Below the pieces are notes generated by a model. It had not been told where the DNA came from, searched no databases, and worked only from the letters and a program-made list of their open reading frames with translations. DNA of 58,092 nucleotides from an uncultured Ruminococcus sp. (GTDB lineage: Bacteria > Bacillota > Clostridia > Oscillospirales > CAG-272). The stretch covers positions 1 through 58,092 of the forward strand of contig CACWLT010000006.1 of NCBI GenBank assembly GCA_902761695.1, written 5' to 3'. Both the position numbers and the translations under genes were made by a program. Below, one piece after another: positions 55,659-58,092 of the stretch (its first letter is position 1; each line of letters starts with the position of its first letter).

Positions 55659-56525
55659 ATGTCCGAATGGAAACGCATTCCCGACCGGTATCGGGAGTCG
55701 GCTGAACCGGAGAAGAGCGGCACTCTCCGAGAATTTGCCTACACTGACCGGGGTACGCCCCGCCGCGCGCTGGTCTATCTGCCAAACGGTTATGAGGAAG
55801 AAGGGGAGCGGCGGTATCCGGTTCTGTTCCTCATGCACGGCGGCGGGGGGAACGAGGAAGAGTTCTTCGGGGGCCTGGACGCGAAAATGCCCCTGAAGCC
55901 CATGCTGGACCGGATGATCGGGGAGGGACTGGTACGGCCCCTCATCGTCGTAACGCCCACCTTCAATCGGCCTGTGGATGAAGGCGTGAACCCCGACGCG
56001 GTGCGGGTCCATGCCGGGGATGCCGCCGCGCTGACCGCCGTATTCTGGCGTGAGCTTGAAGAATCCCTGATCCCGGCGGTGGACGCGGCCTTCCGGACGG
56101 AGGGGAACCGCGATTTCCGTGCCTTCGGCGGATTCTCCATGGGCGCGGAGGCCACCTGGAGCGTGCTGTGCCGGGGAGGGGCTGCTGTCCGGTACTATCT
56201 GCCCATGAGCGGGGACTTCTGGGCCGTGAGCGTCAAGGGCGGCAAGGACCACACCGCCGAGACCTGCGACCGGCTCATCGACGGGATCCGGGAACGGGGG
56301 CTTTCGCCGGAGGATTACCGGGTGTTCGCCGTCACCGGAGAGCAGGATATCGCCTATGAGGCCATGAAGCCCATGACGGAGGAGCTGCTCGGCCGGGCGC
56401 CCTGGTTCCGGAGCGCGGACGAAGGGGGCAACCTGACCTGGCGCGTCTCCCCCGGCTGGCATGCCTACGAGTGGTGCTGGGACTATATCGCTCTGGCCCT
56501 GCCGGAGTTCTTTCCGGGGGCGTGA
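55659..56525 (+). CDS. Alpha/beta-hydrolase esterase (CE1/feruloyl-esterase-like)
   Basis: ATG at 55659 (GGAAGGAGG upstream); YPVLFLMHGGGGNEEEFF; GFSMGA is the GxSxG nucleophile elbow. Confidence 0.7.
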   Translation: MSEWKRIPDRYRESAEPEKSGTLREFAYTDRGTPRRALVYLPNGYEEEGERRYPVLFLMHGGGGNEEEFFGGLDAKMPLKPMLDRMIGEGLVRPLIVVTPTFNRPVDEGVNPDAVRVHAGDAAALTAVFWRELEESLIPAVDAAFRTEGNRDFRAFGGFSMGAEATWSVLCRGGAAVRYYLPMSGDFWAVSVKGGKDHTAETCDRLIDGIRERGLSPEDYRVFAVTGEQDIAYEAMKPMTEELLGRAPWFRSADEGGNLTWRVSPGWHAYEWCWDYIALALPEFFPGA

Positions 56526-56722
56526 TACTAATCTCAAGCTAAAAGGGGAACGCGGCTTCTTGAAAGAAACCCAGAGCAGCAAGCTGCTCGGCAAGAACTT
56601 TAAAGTACACTGGTGCATTTTCCTTCTCAAAGTGCAGCACGGGGTAACGTACAGCGCATTTTTTCAGGTTTTTTTTTCACACATCTTGGTAAGTTTGTCT
56701 TTTTTTGGATGGGTATAGTATA
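56523..56722 (+). mobile_element. MITE-like TIR repeat, copy E (about 200 bp, degenerate right end)
   Basis: TGATACTAATCTCAAGCTAAAAGGGGAACGCGGCTTCTTGAAAG, where the TGA is the esterase stop. The internal hairpin GAGCAGCAAGCTGCTC is identical to copy A. Same 27-nt core. The right terminus GGGTATAGTATAG only partly mirrors the left. Confidence 0.7.
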
Positions 56723-56741
56723 GAACCCGGGCGTCATGAGC

Positions 56742-56792
56742 GGAAAAACAGCCGTCTGTCCGGCAATCCTGCGGGATCCGGACGGGCGGCTG
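56742..56792 (-). terminator. Rho-independent terminator of the ArsC/Spx-like gene
   Basis: Minus strand: ACAGCCGCCCGTCCGG, loop, CCGGACAGACGGCTGT, then TTTTT (plus-strand AAAAA at 56743-56747). Confidence 0.65.
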
Positions 56793-56811
56793 TGTCTTGT
56801 CGGTGGGGCGT

Positions 56812-57153
56812 TCAGCTCCAGGTTTTCCACACGTCGGGGGCGTATCCCACGGTGGCGTATCTGCCGTTGCGGACGATGGGGAGCTTTAATACGGACTGGT
56901 TCTCGAAGGCCTTGTCCGCCCGGTCCCGCTCGCCCAGATAGGTCACCAGAGCCAGAAGCTCCCGGTCCCGGCAGTCCGGGTCCAGCATGGCGTTGAGGGA
57001 GCCCACCGCCTGCAGGACGGAATTGAATTCGCCCCGGGAGAGGCCCTTTTCGTTCATGTCCACATACTGAAAGCGGATTCCCCGTTCCTTGAAGAACCGC
57101 TCGGCGGCGCGGGAGTCCTTGCTTTTCTTTGTTCCGAAAATCTGAATGTTCAT
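56812..57153 (-). CDS. ArsC/Spx-family protein lacking the N-terminal redox cysteines
   Basis: MNIQIFGTKKSKDSRAAERFFKERGI… aligns to the family N-terminus (…YG.K.C..C.KA..WL…) with Ser in both Cys positions; 113 aa. Confidence 0.6.
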   Translation of the reverse strand: MNIQIFGTKKSKDSRAAERFFKERGIRFQYVDMNEKGLSRGEFNSVLQAVGSLNAMLDPDCRDRELLALVTYLGERDRADKAFENQSVLKLPIVRNGRYATVGYAPDVWKTWS

Positions 57154-57202
57154 GGCTTGTCCTTTCCGTGGAAGAATTCCGGTTCTGCCGGGGAAAAACG
57201 GT

Positions 57203-58092
57203 TCACGACACCCGGCCGTTTTCCATGCGGAGGATCTCGTCGGCTATGCGGGCGGTGGAGGTCCGGTGCGTCACCAGAACCACGGTTTTGCCCGCCGATT
57301 CCTCCCGGAGAGATTTCAGAATGACCGCCTCGTTCAGGCTGTCCAGATTGCTGGTGGGCTTGTCCAGAAGCATCAGGGGCGCGTCGTGGAGGAAGGCGCG
57401 GGCCAGGCCGATCCGCTGCCGCTCGCCGCCGGACAGGGTGTCTCCCAGCTCGCCCACCGGTGTCTCGTAGCCGTCGGGCAGGGACAGGATGAAATCGTGC
57501 ACCGACGCCTTCCGGCAGGCCTCCTCGATGTCCTCCTGACCGGCGTCCGGGCGGCCGATGCGGATATTCCCCGCCACGGTGTCCCGGAAAAGCTGGACCT
57601 CCTGGGTGGTATAGCTCTCCATTCGGCGCAGATCGTCCGTGTTGATCCGCTCCACGCTGCGGCCGGAGACGGAGACGGTTCCCGCGTCCGTTTTCCAGAA
57701 CCGCATCAGGAGGCGGAGCATGGTGGACTTGCCGCAGCCGCTCTTTCCCACCACGCCGATGACCAGGTTTTCCGGCAGCGTCAGGGACAGATCCCGGAGA
57801 ACGGCTTCCCCGCCGTAGGAGAAGGAGACGCCGTCGAAGGCCGCGCCGGAATAGGAGACGCCTTCCATGCCGGTCACGTCCTCCGTTTCGGGTTCCTCGT
57901 CCAGAATCGCCAGGATCCGGGCTCCGGAGGCGACGGTGGCCTGCAGGGTGGTGCCCAGTCCCGCCAGTGCCGTCACGGGTCCGAATGAGGACATGAGGGC
58001 CAGGAGGGGAAGGAGGAATCCGTCAAACTCCACGGCGCCGTTTGCGTACAGGATGGCGCAGAGGGCCAGCATGCAGAGATCGAAGAAGAGGA
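57203..58092 (-). CDS. ABC exporter, fused permease/ATPase (C-terminal part; continues beyond the window edge)
   Basis: Walker A GKSGCGKST, signature LSGGERQR and Walker B LMLLDKPTSNLD. Upstream TM-like segments run off the window. Resembles CydC/CydD-type exporters. Confidence 0.75.
   Translation of the reverse strand, partial: LFFDLCMLALCAILYANGAVEFDGFLLPLLALMSSFGPVTALAGLGTTLQATVASGARILAILDEEPETEDVTGMEGVSYSGAAFDGVSFSYGGEAVLRDLSLTLPENLVIGVVGKSGCGKSTMLRLLMRFWKTDAGTVSVSGRSVERINTDDLRRMESYTTQEVQLFRDTVAGNIRIGRPDAGQEDIEEACRKASVHDFILSLPDGYETPVGELGDTLSGGERQRIGLARAFLHDAPLMLLDKPTSNLDSLNEAVILKSLREESAGKTVVLVTHRTSTARIADEILRMENGRVS

Noticed and set aside
1-58092. tRNA, rRNA, transposase, integrase, phage or toxin-antitoxin genes
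   Set aside because: No ORF shows the relevant motifs, and no intergenic region is long or structured enough for an rRNA or a tRNA cloverleaf. The only mobile-looking DNA is the non-autonomous TIR repeat family.

Overview
High-GC (about 60%+) Gram-positive-type sequence, judged from GGAGG Shine-Dalgarno sites, lipobox signal peptides and TTGACA/TGnTATAAT promoters. By inference only, it looks like a Clostridia/Oscillospiraceae-like genome. The whole 58 kb is a glycan-utilisation island. It carries mostly signal-peptide-less glycoside hydrolases (GH95, GH2, GH31, GH3, GH43+CBM32, GH20-like, GH29, GH51, beta-propeller GH-like) and a few surface lipoproteins (GH5, DUF4838-like, Ntn-hydrolase). 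It also carries two SGNH esterases, a CE1-type esterase, two metallophosphoesterases, a Gfo/Idh/MocA module with a GntR/LacI-type regulator and ribokinase, and eight paralogous ~490-aa solute-binding-protein (SBP) lipoproteins. No ABC permease or ATPase partner for these SBPs is present. No rRNA, tRNA, CRISPR array, transposase or phage gene was recognised. Five observations go beyond ordinary annotation. (1) A five-copy, 155-205 bp AT-rich terminal-inverted-repeat element (MITE-like) has an invariant 27-nt core. Every copy abuts the stop codon of a co-oriented gene, and one copy sits exactly between two convergent stop codons. (2) A 6 x 12-nt tandem array of GGCA-N3-TGCC palindromes lies exactly between two divergent promoters. 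(3) A 32-bp tandem duplication frameshifts one SBP gene. (4) A decay hotspot at 9-19 kb contains an internally deleted GH29, a frameshifted GH51, a multiply disrupted SBP and a GH remnant. (5) The SBP genes are orphaned from any transporter genes. All family names are assigned from motif recall, not from database searches.
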